NCBI GenBank assembly: GCA_028534125.1
Contig: CM052816.1
Location: 13,828,001 to 13,892,000 of the forward strand
DNA: 64,000 nucleotides
Direction: 5' to 3'
DNA from: Lama glama
Lineage: Eukaryota
In this document: piece by piece, positions 50,566 to 63,751 of the stretch
Layout of the letters: every line of letters starts with the position of its first letter
Position numbering within the stretch: the stretch's first letter is position 1
Position numbers and translations under genes: made by a program
The notes under the pieces: model-generated
Databases searched by the model: none
Seen by the model: only the letters and a program-made list of their open reading frames with translations
Told to the model about the DNA's origin: nothing

Positions 50566-52014
50566 TTTCCTAAGAAAATTAATTTTTCTTATTTAAAACA
50601 TCTGTTTTAAAAATGCATATGGCAAAAAAAAAAAACCTCCAAAGAGTAGACAGTTATAAGTACATTTCTCCATGTACAAGGGTATTTGTGACAGCAGTTT
50701 GGATGATAGTGAAAAACGGAAGGTAACATAAATGTCCATCCCTAGAGAAAAAATGCAAATACAGAACAGGCTATTTTTAAGGTCAGGACTTCTAGGATGT
50801 CTTATATGATAGTTGTTGTTATATAGTAAATATTACGGACAATGTATCAAAATGGAGAGGTCTCAGTTACAATGCTGACTGAGTGAAAGCAACCTGCAGA
50901 ACTATATACACAAGCAGAGTACGCCCTTTACGAGCATTGGAGACACGCGCACACACACACTCACAGTCGTGGTTGCCTCGGAGGAAGGAGGATACGGATG
51001 TTATGAAAAGGGAAACAAGAGGAGCTTTGACTTTCTCGCTGATGTTTCATTTCTTTCATATGAAAAAAAAACCTAAAGTAGACTTGAGAAAATGTTATTT
51101 GTTAAATCTGGGTAGAGCACACACAAGTGGTTGGTTTTTTTTTAATTATTTTTTGGTTTTTCGTAAACAAAAAAGAAAGCCACCCTGCCTCCCTGGTCAT
51201 CCCGTTTCCTTCCCTGAAGGCAGCTTGGCATTTATTTTGTACCTGTGTAGGTCAGTCTAGGCATCAACAAGCATGTGAGTCTAGTGTGATTCTCTCCTAC
51301 TCCCTCCAGGACCTGGTCTCGTCAATTGAATTTCTTTTGATCTCCAATTTATTCAGTCCCTTTCCATGAAGTTTCCTTCTTGACAAACATTCCCAGGTCT
51401 CTGATTTGAGCAAAGCTTCTCCCCACTCCTCCTCCTTCAAGACACAATCTTCCTCTTGGTGCGACCACAGAGCTCCCCCGGAGGGTGGTGTGGACTCACT
51501 GCTTCCAGCTGCTCACCACTGACTCAAGCCTCTCCTCCCTCGCTTGGTTCCTCCATCTGCCCATCTCTGGACATAACCCCATGGTCATTTCTTGGTCTTC
51601 ATGTCCCTTGACTCTTCTGCAAAATCTGATGCTTTTAGTCACCCTATTCTTGACCTCGTCTCCTACCCAGGCTCATGCGATCATTCTTCATCCATCTCTT
51701 TCTTTCCCCACTGCCTTCTCTCAACTCCCCTTCCTCATGCCCACAGAGGGGATGCCCCTATAGTTCACCAATTCTGTCTTCTCCTTCCTTTTGCCCTTCT
51801 CTCCAACCACAGCCTCAGCCAGACCTGGGACTCCAACCCTCAATGAGCATTTTGGTAAAGATGCTCATTTCCTTTTGAGTTCTCTTTCCATGACCTCAGA
51901 ACCACATTTCCAACTGTCTGAGGGTCATGCCCACTTCACCGTCCTGCAGACAGAGCAAGTTCAACCTGCCAAATTCAAAGCCTTTACTCCTCAGCAGGTC
52001 TGTATTTCTGCTAG

Positions 52015-52400
52015 GTTGGTGCTTCTTAATTTAATATGCATACAGGTCAGCTGGGGCATCTTGTTAAACTGCAGATTCTGGTTCTCTTGGGCTAGGCTGG
52101 AGCCTGGCAATCTGCATTTCTAGCAAGTACCTGGGGGTTACGGGTCCAAGGACCCCACTTTGAGAAGCAAGATGCTACAGGGATTTTCATTCTCTAGGTC
52201 AGGGGTTCTCCACTCTGCCTAAAAGTCAGAGCCACCTGGGAATTGTACTAGGTACAACATAGTTTAAAAATACGCATATGGTTAAAAAAATTCAAACAAA
52301 TTAACTCCTCTTTTGCCTGGCCCCAATCCAGACAACTTAATCAGGATTTCTGGGTGTGTGGCCCAGGAATCTGCATTCCACAAATCTGCATTCCACTGAC
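52015..52400. mobile_element. Two MER5-family hAT elements
   Basis: GGGGCATCTTGTTAAACTGCAGATTCTG...TCTGCATTTCTAGCAAG...CACTTTGAGAAGCA, and CAGGGGTTCTC...GGCCCAGGAATCTGCATT. Confidence 0.7.
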
Positions 52401-52419
52401 TACCCGCTTGGGCTAGGAC

Positions 52420-53752
52420 TGTACTAATGACTAAAGAGACAGCAGTAAGTAAGACGAAGGCTCATGGAACTGCAAGTCAGTAGAAATGATGGTGATGAAA
52501 CAGAAGCACAAACAAATACCAGACAGCATTTCAGGTAAGTGAAAAACTGGAGTTCTGAGAGAAAGAAAACTGAGAAGGGGTGACTTTAGTCAGGATGGTC
52601 ACAGGTAACCTGCAGAGGCGACATCCGAGATGAGACCTGAGCCGTGACGAGGTGGACAAGCAGACGGCTAAGGAAAGAGGAGACTTTCAGGTTGAGGGAG
52701 CAGTGTTTCAGACAGAGGGCAGAGTCACTGCAAAGATGCTGTGGCGGGTCCATGCTTGGTGTGCTCAGGGAAGAGAAGGGCAGCCAGCAGTGTGGAAGGA
52801 GCAGGGCGAGCAAGGGCAGAGAGGAGAGGGGTGAGGCGGGGAAGAGGCTGGGGCCTGATGGTGAGCCTGGAGGGCATGGTCTTCCCATGGAGAGAGCTAC
52901 GGGATGCCACTGGGAGGTCTTCAGCAAGCAAGGGGATCTGATCTGACTTAACACGGTTATATGAGAGCAAGAGTAGAAACAAGGAAGCAGGTAAGAAGTG
53001 ATGGTTTTCAGGACGTAGTGACAGTAACGGAGAAGATAGAAGAGGTCAGATTGAGGATGTGTTTTGAAGATAGAACTTGCTGATGAACTGACTGGGGCCA
53101 AGAGATGGAGACAGAAACAGTGAATTCTCTGTTTTGGGGCTGAGGCACTGGGAACATTTATGAAGATTTGAAATACCTAAGAAAGAAAAGCGGGGGGATT
53201 CCGTAAGGGGGACCAACAGATGTGTCCAGTTATCTTAAGTTTAAGATAATTATTGGACATCCACATAGAGATGTTAGCAGGAAGTGAGTTATAAGATCTG
53301 GCCATAAATTATCTTTCCAGCCTCACCTCCCCACTGTTATATACGCACCACCCTTAATTCAAAGTGTCCTGTCTCCTATTCTCATGGTGAATTTTCCAAC
53401 TCCATTCCTTGCTCGCGCTGTGTCTTCTGTCCAATGTACGTGCCAATCTTAGCCTTTTGAGATCTTAGTCACCTATAGAATCCACCTCAAGTAACCTGTC
53501 CTCCCTAGCATCGCCATCATTCGTGTGATGTGTGCCTCCTGGGAACTCCCATTACCCCTCGATGCCTCGCTTGTAGCATCCGTCACGTTTGCCCCCATTT
53601 AGTTATTTGTGTGTATGTGCCTCCCATGCTGGGCTGTAAGTTCCTGGAGGGCAGGACTTGCATCCTGTTCTTTTACCCTCCCTGCCATGATAACAAGAAA
53701 TGAGCCCAGCACATAAAAGGCTGTTCATTAAACATGTCGAATAAATGAATGA
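52420..53752. mobile_element. L2 fragments (antisense 52420-53300, sense 53320-53752)
   Basis: GGATGCCACTGGGAGGTCTTCAGCAAG...GGATGTGTTTTGAAGATAGAAC; CTGTAAGTTCCTGGAGGGCAGG...GAATAAATGAATG tail. Confidence 0.8.
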
Positions 53753-54579
53753 TTAGGATATGTCCTGAGGTGACAGCCTGTGGTTACCTAGTCGCTGGTG
53801 ATCGAAGGTGGGAGGTCTTCTCCCTGGAGGAAGCGATGATTGCTGCGTCAGCGCCCAGATCATGGGCACAGAACTACCTAGAACAATGCTGAGCATCTCA
53901 ACACAGGCACGACCTTGTTTATCTCCAAATACTACTGCGTGTAACCGACTTGAGGCCAAGAGTACACGCCTTAAAAAAATCTGAATCAAATTTACGAACT
54001 CACTGAAGAAGTCTATTATTAGAAAAACTGGTGGTATGGTCTTTCCTGAGAAAAATATTGCACGTGTAACCATCAGTTCTACCGCTCCACACCCAGCCTT
54101 GGTAAGACTGGACTTGGTCCACTTGGCCTCCTGGTGGAACACGTACATTACACTGGAGCACCGGCCACTGGTGTTGAGCCCTGACCATTTTATGACCTTG
54201 TGCCCAGTCTGTCCATGAGGTGTCATTAAAATCAGATCGATTTATTCCAGTGCATTTTGCTTCACTGGGTGCCAGCCCATGGCTTCTGAGGTGGGGAAGA
54301 AATAATGACAGGTCAGAAACCGGGTCTTGGTACACAAGCTGACAGATATGGAGAAAGTGAGAGAAAAACGAGATAGAAATGGAGAAGGAGAGAGCACGGA
54401 GGGAGGCTGGGGTGTGACCACAGCTTAGAAGGGGGTTAGAGGTAAAGGATGACTCCTGGAAGGAGTAAGGGTATGGAGGTTGCATGGGATTAAAGGACAC
54501 ATGAAAACCTACAGGATGAAGAGGTACTGGAGGCTGCGGGAGGAAGACGGTACAAGAAAAACATCCTCAACCCAGCGTC

Positions 54580-54830
54580 TGCTGAGCGTTGGTTACGAGC
54601 CAGGCGTTGTGATAAGGCCTTTATAGAGATCATCTGATTTCCTTTTCTCATGACTTTGTAGTACATACTATTATTCAACCCATCACACAGATGAGGAATG
54701 CAAAAATCAGAGAGGTTAAGCAATTTACTTGGGGTCACAGAGCTAGTAACTAAGAAGAGCTAGGATTCAGACCCAGCTCCATTGGATGTCACAACCTAAA
54801 TTCCTAACTGCCGCTTTATACCACCTTCTG
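54580..54830 (-). mobile_element. MIR SINE
   Basis: CACAGATGAGGAA...CAGAGAGGTTAAGCAATTTACTTGGGGTCACAGAGCTAGTAA...AGGATTCAGACCCAG. Confidence 0.85.
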
Positions 54831-55389
54831 AATTTATTCACGGGCATTTCCTCTCATCGTGCCTGGTGTAGGCTGAGAAACGCAATGTCTTTCAACATCC
54901 CAAAGAGTGAGGCGCTGGGTGATGAGCTAATTCGGAGATGTAGTTCAAAAACCCTGCTCTGACTGAGCTGTCTGCCGGGGCTGCGAGCCCTCAGAGAACA
55001 GATGCTCTCTCACCCATCATCAGGGAATACTCATCCCATTGTGATGGGCTCCACCTAAATGTTTTTTTATTGTCTGCTCTTCACCATGAGTAATGCCACT
55101 TTCCATTTTAAGCTGGGAGATTCAGGAGATGACCACGTTAGAAGCCAGGGTTTAAAAGCTAAGTGCTGCCTGGGGGATTACTCACCCACTTTAAGACGCA
55201 GCCAACATCACACCCTCCCACTCAGGACGCTGCTGGAATATCGTCTTCCTTGCCAAGGCCTAAAGGAAATCTGGTTTCTCCTGGAATCAGACTAGGAATG
55301 GTGCCAGGTCATCAGCAAGTTGGCAAGTTAACTGGTTCTCTAAGTGAAATTACCGTGGTGGTGCTGGTCCCCTCCTAGGTGGCTGCTGG

Positions 55390-55850
55390 TTCATTCATCT
55401 GGCGTTTGCAGAGGGCCTACTATGGGTCAGACACCCTGCTCCCTGACAGAGATGCTGCAGTGATCTAGATGGCCTTAGTCCTTGTCCTCAGGGAGCTCGC
55501 AGTCTAGAGGGGAAGAAGCAGGCAAGTACAATAAAATACCATAGCCTGCAGAATGTAATACATCAAATGTCAAAGAGTTTTGGGAACTAACAGCTGAAGG
55601 ATTTATGCCAAGGGAGGACAAGCAGGAGCCGACTGGGCTCCTAATTGTAAGCAACCAAAAGTAACCTTGAATGATAATAAACGGGGCTGCCCAGAGAGCC
55701 ACTGAGACGGTGGTAACCCCGAATCCCACTGTAAGAAGGATCCAGCCAGACCAGACCTGGGGGGTGGAGGGGGAGGGCATCCCTCACATCTAGGATGGGG
55801 CTTCAGATGCTGGGTGGTCAAAAAGGATGATGCATGTTTGGGACAACAGG
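55390..55850 (-). mobile_element. L2 fragment immediately upstream of the candidate 1C promoter
   Basis: TTCATTCATC...CCTACTATGGGTCAGACAC...GTCCTTGTCCTCAGGGAGCTCGCAGTCTAG. Confidence 0.7.
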
Positions 55851-55954
55851 TAGAAGTGAGGAAGGTGGGGAGGAGAAGGCTGTCTCAGAATGACTTAAGA
55901 TACTGACTCAGAAAACCCGAAAGGGAATGCTTAAAGAGAGCACTGACTTCTTGA

Positions 55955-56065
55955 GGCAAGCAGGCCCTGGGGCCACAGGCTCTCAGTGGTCTCCTGAGTG
56001 AGGGAAGTTTGCTGCTCAGCCAAGGACCGTGAGGCTCTGTGGGGGAACAAGCCCACTGCCAGCAG
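55955..56065 (+). other. FGF1: Probable FGF1 untranslated first exon 1C
   Basis: Perfect donor CAG|GTAAGT (56066-56071). Upstream are AP-1 TGACTCA (55904-55910), TEAD GGAATG (55924-55929) and TATA-like TTAAAGA (55931-55937). The position ~38 kb past 1B fits the expected 1C spacing, and 1C is the serum/phorbol-inducible promoter. Exon sequence not verified against a reference. Confidence 0.55.
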
Positions 56066-56868
56066 GTAAGTAGGAGCGATGTTCTGAGCTTTCCTCTTTT
56101 CTTTTTGGTGTTCCTGGGGCCATGCTGGAAGGCCACAGGAACTTGAGATTACAGAGCCCAGCTACTGCAGAAACATGGTCTCTGCAAAGCAGTTAGAAAA
56201 GATGACTGGGAGAGCCAATGGGATCATGGTAACAGCCAGCCTCTACTGCCTGTGCTACCCTGCGCTTACACGCATTATTTCATCTGATCCTCCTAATAAG
56301 CCTGGTAGTTTACAGACGAACAGACGGAGGCACCAAGATTATAAACGGGTTGGCCGAGATCCCGTGGTTAGCAAATTGTGGAGCTGGGATGCGAATGTAG
56401 ACTTACTTGACTCTAAGAGTTAGCTGACAGAAGACACAAAGAAGTGAGGGGCAGAAGAAGAAAAATGGGCACCATAGAAAGAGAAAACATTTTTTCCCCT
56501 ATACTAAGAGACTGGAAGCCTACTCGCTTAGCCATTACCTCTCTCATGGGTACCATCTTGAATCTTCAGGTTAGTTATTGCTCCCTACTGAGAAATTTCC
56601 AAATTTTATCCAAGGGTGGAAAAAGCCTTATTTCCCAGAGGGACTTCAGTGAGGAATTTTTAGCGATAACTCAGAGTATTAACCTCTAGATTGCAGCAAG
56701 GGGCATATATATTATTTTTCATGGATGTTTAACATAAAAATGTCTCTATACAAATAATACATGCTACTTGTGAAAAAACAGTAAAATGTGGAAAAATATA
56801 AAGAAGAAAACAAAAATCATCTATAACCTTCCCACTTAATGATGGCTGTAGTCACAATCTGGGGGGTA

Positions 56869-56898
56869 TGTATACGTGTGTGTGTGTGTGTGTGTGTG
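56869..56898. repeat. (GT)n microsatellite
   Basis: TGTATACGTGTGTGTGTGTGTGTGTGTGTG. Confidence 0.9.
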
Positions 56899-59800
56899 AG
56901 CTGTAGTCTCGCTTTCCAATGCATGTGTATAGGTACCGTGTTTTAAAACCATAGTTCTTCGGATCTTAAATAATTGTTATTGCCTTGACTTCATCTTTTT
57001 CCTCAAGGGAGAACTGTATCACTGTATTCAATTTTGCAAATCTCCTAAACGAGTATCAGTAAACAGAGTGGGATATAATATGGAATGTAAGCTCCTTTGT
57101 TCAAATGAGTGGGCAGGAGACGTGGGGGCCTCCTGGGGTGCACTGGATCTGGTGTATGTGCCTGGTTCTTTTAGGAAGATTTGGGTTTTCATTACTTATT
57201 ACTATTTCTAGTTGGTAAGCATTATCTAGAATATGTTTAACATAACGATTAGCATAATCAAGTAACCATTTATTTCTCCGGAGGGATTTATTCCACGAGC
57301 TATTGTATAAATGACACGCAACAACGCTACACAGACAGAAAGCAGAGGAGTAGTTTTCAGGATTGAGCTCCAATCTGAATCCTGGTTCTGAGCTCACTTT
57401 CCCTCCTCTGGCCTGGGGGACCCCATCTCTTTCTATGGCCCAGTTACAGGCAGGTCACAACCCCACAGTCCAACACACACAGCCATCTGGCTTTCCCAGG
57501 CAGGAATGCAGTTTGACCTCTACAGCCCACTCTGAGCATCAACCCTCGGAGCCCACGTGGCTCAAGCCAGAACAAAGCCAGGTCTATTCGGTCGCTGCTG
57601 TTGTCAGCTCTTGGCACACCCAGTGCCACCCATCTCCTGTCTTTTTCCTAACTCATCAAGATAAAGTCCTACCAGTTGAGAAGCCCTGTGTGCTCCCTCT
57701 GTGTAGCCCAGACATCTGTTTTGTGTTGGGAGTCAGTGGCCGGTCAAGAGCTTGCTCCATGCAGCTGGATTTGCTGATGTAAACAAAGCTGACTGCCTGT
57801 GAGTTTTCTGACCCCGAAAAGGCCCCACAGAACTATCCCCTCAGGCCACCACCAGTACTTTACCCCCAGTCCAAGGGGACAAAGAAAATGGACTTGAGTT
57901 TAGTTAATAAGCAACAGCCCAGAGGAAGTAAAGCACCTGGTTCCTCTCCTCCCTTCCCTGACTCCACGTAACCCTTTTCTTACAGGGCCACCACCATTCC
58001 CCGTCCTGAACTGAGGCGATGTCACTGCCAAGTGCAGCCATGTGGTGGCCCAGGAAGCCCAGGGTCAGCTGGCCCCTCCCACCATCCTGGCTGCTCTACC
58101 TCGCTCCTCCCAGTTCAAGGGCTCCGTTCTCCTCTTGTTTTTTGCTTCGTTTTCCTATGCTTCATTATGTTGTATTTTTAGCTACAAAAGTAAACAGACA
58201 ATACTTAAGTATCCAATTTAGAAGTTAATCATCTCCAGGCCCACCTTCTAGTCTATGTTTTAGCTCCAATATTCTATTTGCAAACTAAACGATTTAGATT
58301 AAAACATCTCCTAACTCTAGGAGCTATTTAATTTCTCAGAATCTCAGATTTTTCATCTGTGAAGATGAGAATTTTATGCTACTCCAACTGCTACACAAAA
58401 TCATAGACGATACCTATGAAGCCTTTAATAAGAGTACAAATAAACTAGATTTAATTAGTTACATACGTTTTACTTTTAACATTTCACAACATGGATTATT
58501 TTTTATCATATTTACTCTTCTAATTACCTTCTGTGGCAAGTAATACTAGTTCTGTATTTTCAGTAGTGATACTAAATTTTTATTTGATATGAATTACAGA
58601 TCGAACACTGATTCAATTTCAAAAATACTAATATTAACAAAAATACATTATAGCCGCGTATATCTAGATTATTCAGGACAATATATTCTGTGTATACAGA
58701 AAATAACCCCCCTCAAAGAAATGACAAAGAAAATACAAAAAGACATGAGACCTCAGCCAAACCCCAAATCAACCAACTAGCCAACCACAGCAAAATCTCA
58801 GAGCAAACCCGATGAGTACGGAATAGTGTTGCAAGAAGTACAAGACAAATTTCAATGGCTTTTTAACACCATCAAGACCAAAAGAGCAAAATGCCTAGTT
58901 GGTCCTCATTGCCCTGGCTCCTTTCTGTGCCCCTCTAAGTTTTCTTTGCTTATCCTGCCACTCCCACTGCAAAGCCTTGAAGCATTCAACGGTTTCCACT
59001 AGAAGCATCCGGGTGTGAGTCTCCCACCAAGAGTTCCATGCTCCAAAATTATCACCCCCATCCCCCAAATTAAACTCATTTTAAAATAGGTATGTTCCCA
59101 AAGTGTTAGCCAGAAATTTTAGTTATTCAGTTTAATAAATGCCCACAGATATGCACTGAGTACAAGGCAAGAGTGCGTGTCCGTGGGGGAAGGGAGCGCG
59201 GAAGATCCAATCCCTGCCCCTGAGGAGGTGAAACTCACTAGGGAGGCCAAGCGGAGGATGCAAATAACTCTAATTGCAGGGTGGAAGGTAGTAACTGCCA
59301 CAAACAGCTCCAGCCAACAAGCTGCAGGATGCCGCAGGAGGAAACAATGAATTTCAGCTTGGTGAGGACCAGGACGGGTTCAGGAAGGAGGCAGCACTGG
59401 CCCTCTGAGATGCATCTGTCCTTTCCAAAGAGTATATCAACCCTCATGCCCTCTCCCTTGCTACTGGTGGATTATCTTGAGTCCCTTGCCTATGCTGGGC
59501 TAACGACTGGGAGAAAGTTTAGCATCCTGTCGTTTCTTTTCTGCTAGCTCCTTGCTCAGGAGGACCACACAGTCTCCTCCAGCTGGTGAAACAGAGCAGG
59601 ACGCAAGTGGCTCTGCACACATCTCCGGGCCCACCTGCTGAACTCCTGCCCATCCTCAAAGATCTTAGCTCAGTGTCACTGTCCCAGAGACACCCTCAGC
59701 CACTCTCCATCTTCCAGTGCCCTCGCCACCTCCAGCCACCTGCTATCTGATTTCCACAGGGAGATACAGACACTGGCACTGAAAGATTTTCTTACTCACT

Positions 59801-61479
59801 TTTAAAAAACTTATTATCTCCCCTGATAGGAAAAAAGCAGACAACGAAAGGAGGGACTTTGCTTGCTTGTTTGCCTGTGTGTCCTCAGTACCTGGTAAAT
59901 CACAGGATTTAGGAGATATTTGTTGAATGAATTAGTGACCGACAACAGACGACTCCACCCCATCTCTTCCTGCAGACTCTGCATCCCCCTGGTTGGTTTG
60001 TTAGTTTCCGTGAGATGGGATCAGTGGCTTTAGAAAATACATAGGATTAATTCCAGTTGGATTTAATCCATTGAAAATACTCATATTTGGGGTCAGTATG
60101 GCAATTGGCAAGTGAGTAGAGTTTCTCAGGCTTTGGTTCACGAGGGGACATCTAGGTGTAGCAGGTGACTTTTCAGGAGAACCAACACACTACACAGCAC
60201 GCCCCGGACCATCCTTCCCCGCCGACCCTAATTCCTTTCAACAAATCCTGTTAAGAGTGTATTATGTGCCAGGTCGGCATAAGACACTGGAGATAAAAAG
60301 CTGACAAGGATTCTGATCCACGGAGCAAAGCCGAGTGGGAGGAGCAGGCAGTGAGCAGCTGCAGTGCAACAGGGAGGGACAAGGGACCACTGGGGGGCTG
60401 GCCCTGGGGCTCAGGAAGCTCGTGCGAGGAACACCCGAGGGGAATTCTGAGGGAGAAGCAGGAATCCTGGGGGTTGGTGGGCGGTGGGCAATGCCGGCAG
60501 AGAGCTGCAGGCCAAGGGGAGGCAGGTTGTAAGGCTCAGAGGTGACAGCCAGCTTGGAACCAGAAGACTTTCCCCTTCTTGGAGGCCACTGATGGACTCG
60601 ATGCCAGGGAACCCTTGAGCCTTCTCGCTCAGTCCTAGACCAGAGGAGCTCGGAGGCAGCGTGGGCCACCGGTCACACCTCAGGCAATGACTGGAATATA
60701 AGGTCACAGGGGTAGGATGCTGCTGCTTTGTTCACCGTCTGAGGATGGGGCTGACAACACAGTAGACTCTGTAAAAACCACCTGCTGGATTAATGAATGA
60801 AGTGCCCTGAAGGTGACCTTAGTCATCTCCTCTGGTGTCACCAAACCCCAGAGAACCATAAGACCAAGAGGCATCTCGAGAGCTGGCTGGTCCACTCTGT
60901 CCCCTCCAGGCCATCTGACTTGCCCTCAAACCTCCCAGAGATGACACCGCCTTGGAGATTTTTACCAAGTATAGCAGCATGACTCGGAAATTCAGTTCCT
61001 GAGGTCATACACGTACAGCCGAGGGACAGACGATTGGTCCAGTCATCCGGTGAGTCAGGGCAGGATGGAGAAGGGCCAGGACAAGAGTCCTTAATGCCCA
61101 AGCTGGCAGGTCAGGCAGCCGGGGCCCTCTGGCTGCCCTGCACTCTCTCACCTGTTGAGTTGCCACAGTGCCCCACTTCCCAGCCTGCTCCAGAAGATCA
61201 GCGAGCCCCACACCCCACAGCAGCACCATCTCACGTGGAAAATATATTTCCTGGTAAACCTGGTGGTGAGATTTTCAAATCCGACTTGAGCTCCACACCC
61301 TGGCTGGATGCTGCCGTCTCTCTCAGAGAAGGCCACTGGGCCTGTGTAGCCAAGACACGGTGGCCCTAAGAGTGGACACCACATCTGGCCTGTACTCACA
61401 TTTCCCATGCCGCCTGAGGTCCTGCCATCTCCTCCTTGGCGAGTATATCTAGTTTCCCTGCTTCTACCTCTTCTCCAAA

Positions 61480-62005
61480 GTTCTCCACTCAGCAGCCAGA
61501 GTGACATTTTAAAAATGCAAATCTGATTATGTCACACAGCAGCCTGCATTATTTGGTGGTTTTCCACAGTCCTGTAGATAAAGGCCTACAGAGCTCTGCC
61601 TGATCTGGCCCTGCCAGCCTTCCCAGCCACAGCCCTCTTGCCTTATTCATCATGGACTATTTTCAGTTCCCCAAGTGGAGTATGCTCTTTCTGGACTCAG
61701 GACCTTTGCACATGCTCTTCCTACTGCCTTCTCCTCCCTGGTCACTAGGAATATAAATGCCCCTTCCTCCAGGAAGTCTTCCCATCTCCCAGCCTCTGTA
61801 GTTAACTATTATCAGGCTCATAGGGTGCCCTGGACTTCGCTCTTGTAACATTCAGTTCTCTGGGAATCCCTTATACAGTGGGTCTTCCCCACTAGCATGT
61901 GAACTTCAAGAGGGCTTCATTATATCTGCCTTGTTCTCCATTATATTCCTCAAGTCTGGCACATAGTAGGTGCTCATTAAATATGTGTCAAGCCAATGAG
62001 TGAGT
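61480..62005 (+). mobile_element. L2 3' end
   Basis: GCAGCCAGAGTGACATTTTAAAAATGCAAATCTGATTATGTCAC...CAGGACCTTTGCACATGCT...CTGGCACATAGTAGGTGCTCATTAAATATGT. Confidence 0.9.
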
Positions 62006-63149
62006 ACTCAGATCTTTGAACAGCTGGGACAACTTTACCAAATAAATTAAGAGGCAGAGAGAAACAGGAACGTAACAGAACTGCATTGCAATCCTCAGCC
62101 ACGTGACCTTCCTGACTCTGGGGGAGGCCTGATTTCATCTTCCTGTGGGCTTGTGTTTTATGATTAGGCCCCAGTTAATTCTTCAGAACTATCTTCTGGC
62201 TCAGTTCAGGAAAATCTGGGCCTTTCCACCAGGCGCTACCGTAATCAGCCAACCGAATCAAGGTGAGATGCGTCAGTAAGCCTGCTGGTCAGCCTGGGCC
62301 TCTCACTGCTGAGACAGGAAGCCCTCCTTCCCGCCCCAGCCTCGCCCAGTGAAATGGGGCAGGAGAGACCTAGAATCTGCACTCATTTCACCTTACCCTC
62401 TGTTTTATTTTCTCCCCCCAGCAGGGACAAACAATAATTCAGTAAAGGAAATATGAGTAATGGAAAGAGAGGAAAAAATAAACATATCAAAATGGGCAAT
62501 GTCCCCTGGGCCACTGCTTTTAAAGAAAACAAAGACAGAAGATTTGGAGATATTTCAGTGACTTTGCTAAAATGAGAAAAATAATCAAGCTGACCTCTTT
62601 CTTCTAGGCTGAATTCCTTCCCTCTCTCTTGATGTAGGGGGAAAAAAAAAAAAGGATCCCCCAGACCAGTGGTTTTCACACCCTGGTATGGATCAGAATC
62701 CCTAGGGGAGGTCTGTTTAGCCTGGGCACACACGCCAAGCCAGGCCCAGTGAATCAGGACCCCTGGGGGAGGGACCCGCACCCAATTCCCACGCAGGTAG
62801 GCGTCACTCTGAAGAGGAAAGCTCAGGATGCAGCGGTAACATTCCGTCCTGTGTTTAGTAACATAAGGCACAGCTCAGGTCAGAAACTCTGGTCTGCTCC
62901 TGGAAACCCGGAAGTCAGGAACTTGGAAACCTTGTTCAGAGTAAAATACTACAAACTATAGATCGGATCTGCAGAGTCATGAAGAGTGTTCATCTCACCT
63001 TCAGGGTGGAAGGGGGGATGGGAACACAAATTCTATTCGTTTTATTCACTTAAGCTGACACTGACTGAGTGGACTCCAGAGGCAAGGGCTGTGCAAGGGC
63101 AAGGTGATGACAGGATGGAATGAAGCATGGTGATGACAGTGACTCACAA

Positions 63150-63394
63150 TTACTGACACCTTACAATTACAATGAGCTAGGCGTTTTCCACGCATTCTCT
63201 CATTTAATCCTCAAACACCCTACAGGGCATTATTATTATTACTGTTATCATTATCATTATCATTATCATCTCCACTTGATGGATGAGAAAACCAAGGCAC
63301 AGGGGGGCGGAATGACTTGCCCAAAGTCAACCAGCAAGTAAGTGCAGATCCACGTTGGAACCCAGATCTCCCTGACTGTGCAGTGTCCCATCTT
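63150..63394 (-). mobile_element. MIR SINE with internal (TATCAT)n, interrupted by L1
   Basis: TCTCATTTAATCCTCA...GATGAGAAAACCAAGGCACAG...TGACTTGCCCAAAGTCA. Confidence 0.8.
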
Positions 63395-63751
63395 TTTTCT
63401 TTTAATCGAAGTATACTTGATTTACAATGTTTTGTTAGCTTCTGGTGTGCAGCACACCGATTCAGGTATACAGATATACATCCTTTTTCATATTCTTTTT
63501 CATTATAGGTTATTACATGATATCAAATATAGTTCCCTGTGCTGTACAGTAGGACCCTGTTTAACTATTTTATATACAGTAGTTTGTATATGCTAACCCC
63601 ACATTCCTAATTTATCCCACCCACCTCTTTCCAATTTGGTAACCGTAAGTTTGTTTTTGCTGTCTGTGAGTCTTTTCTGTTTTGTAAATAAGCCCATTTG
63701 TGTCATTTTTTCGATTCCACATATAAGCAATATCGTGTATTTGTCTTCCTC
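63395..63751 (-). mobile_element. LINE-1 3' end with 16-bp degenerate TSD
   Basis: GAAGTATACTTGATTTACAATGTT...CATTATAGGTTATTAC...GTTCCCTGTGCTGTACAGTAGGACC, the same family as 14790-15462. TSD TGCAGTGTCCCATCTT (63379-63394) / TGTAGTGTCCCTTCTT (63752-63767). Confidence 0.88.

Noticed and set aside
52368..52396. Direct repeat AATCTGCATTCCAC x2 (paired TEAD-like sites)
   Set aside because: A small local duplication at a MER5 end; nothing supports function.
52532..52540. Consensus donor CAG|GTAAGT (similar one at ~46798)
   Set aside because: Both lie inside antisense L2 relics with no promoter or acceptor context.
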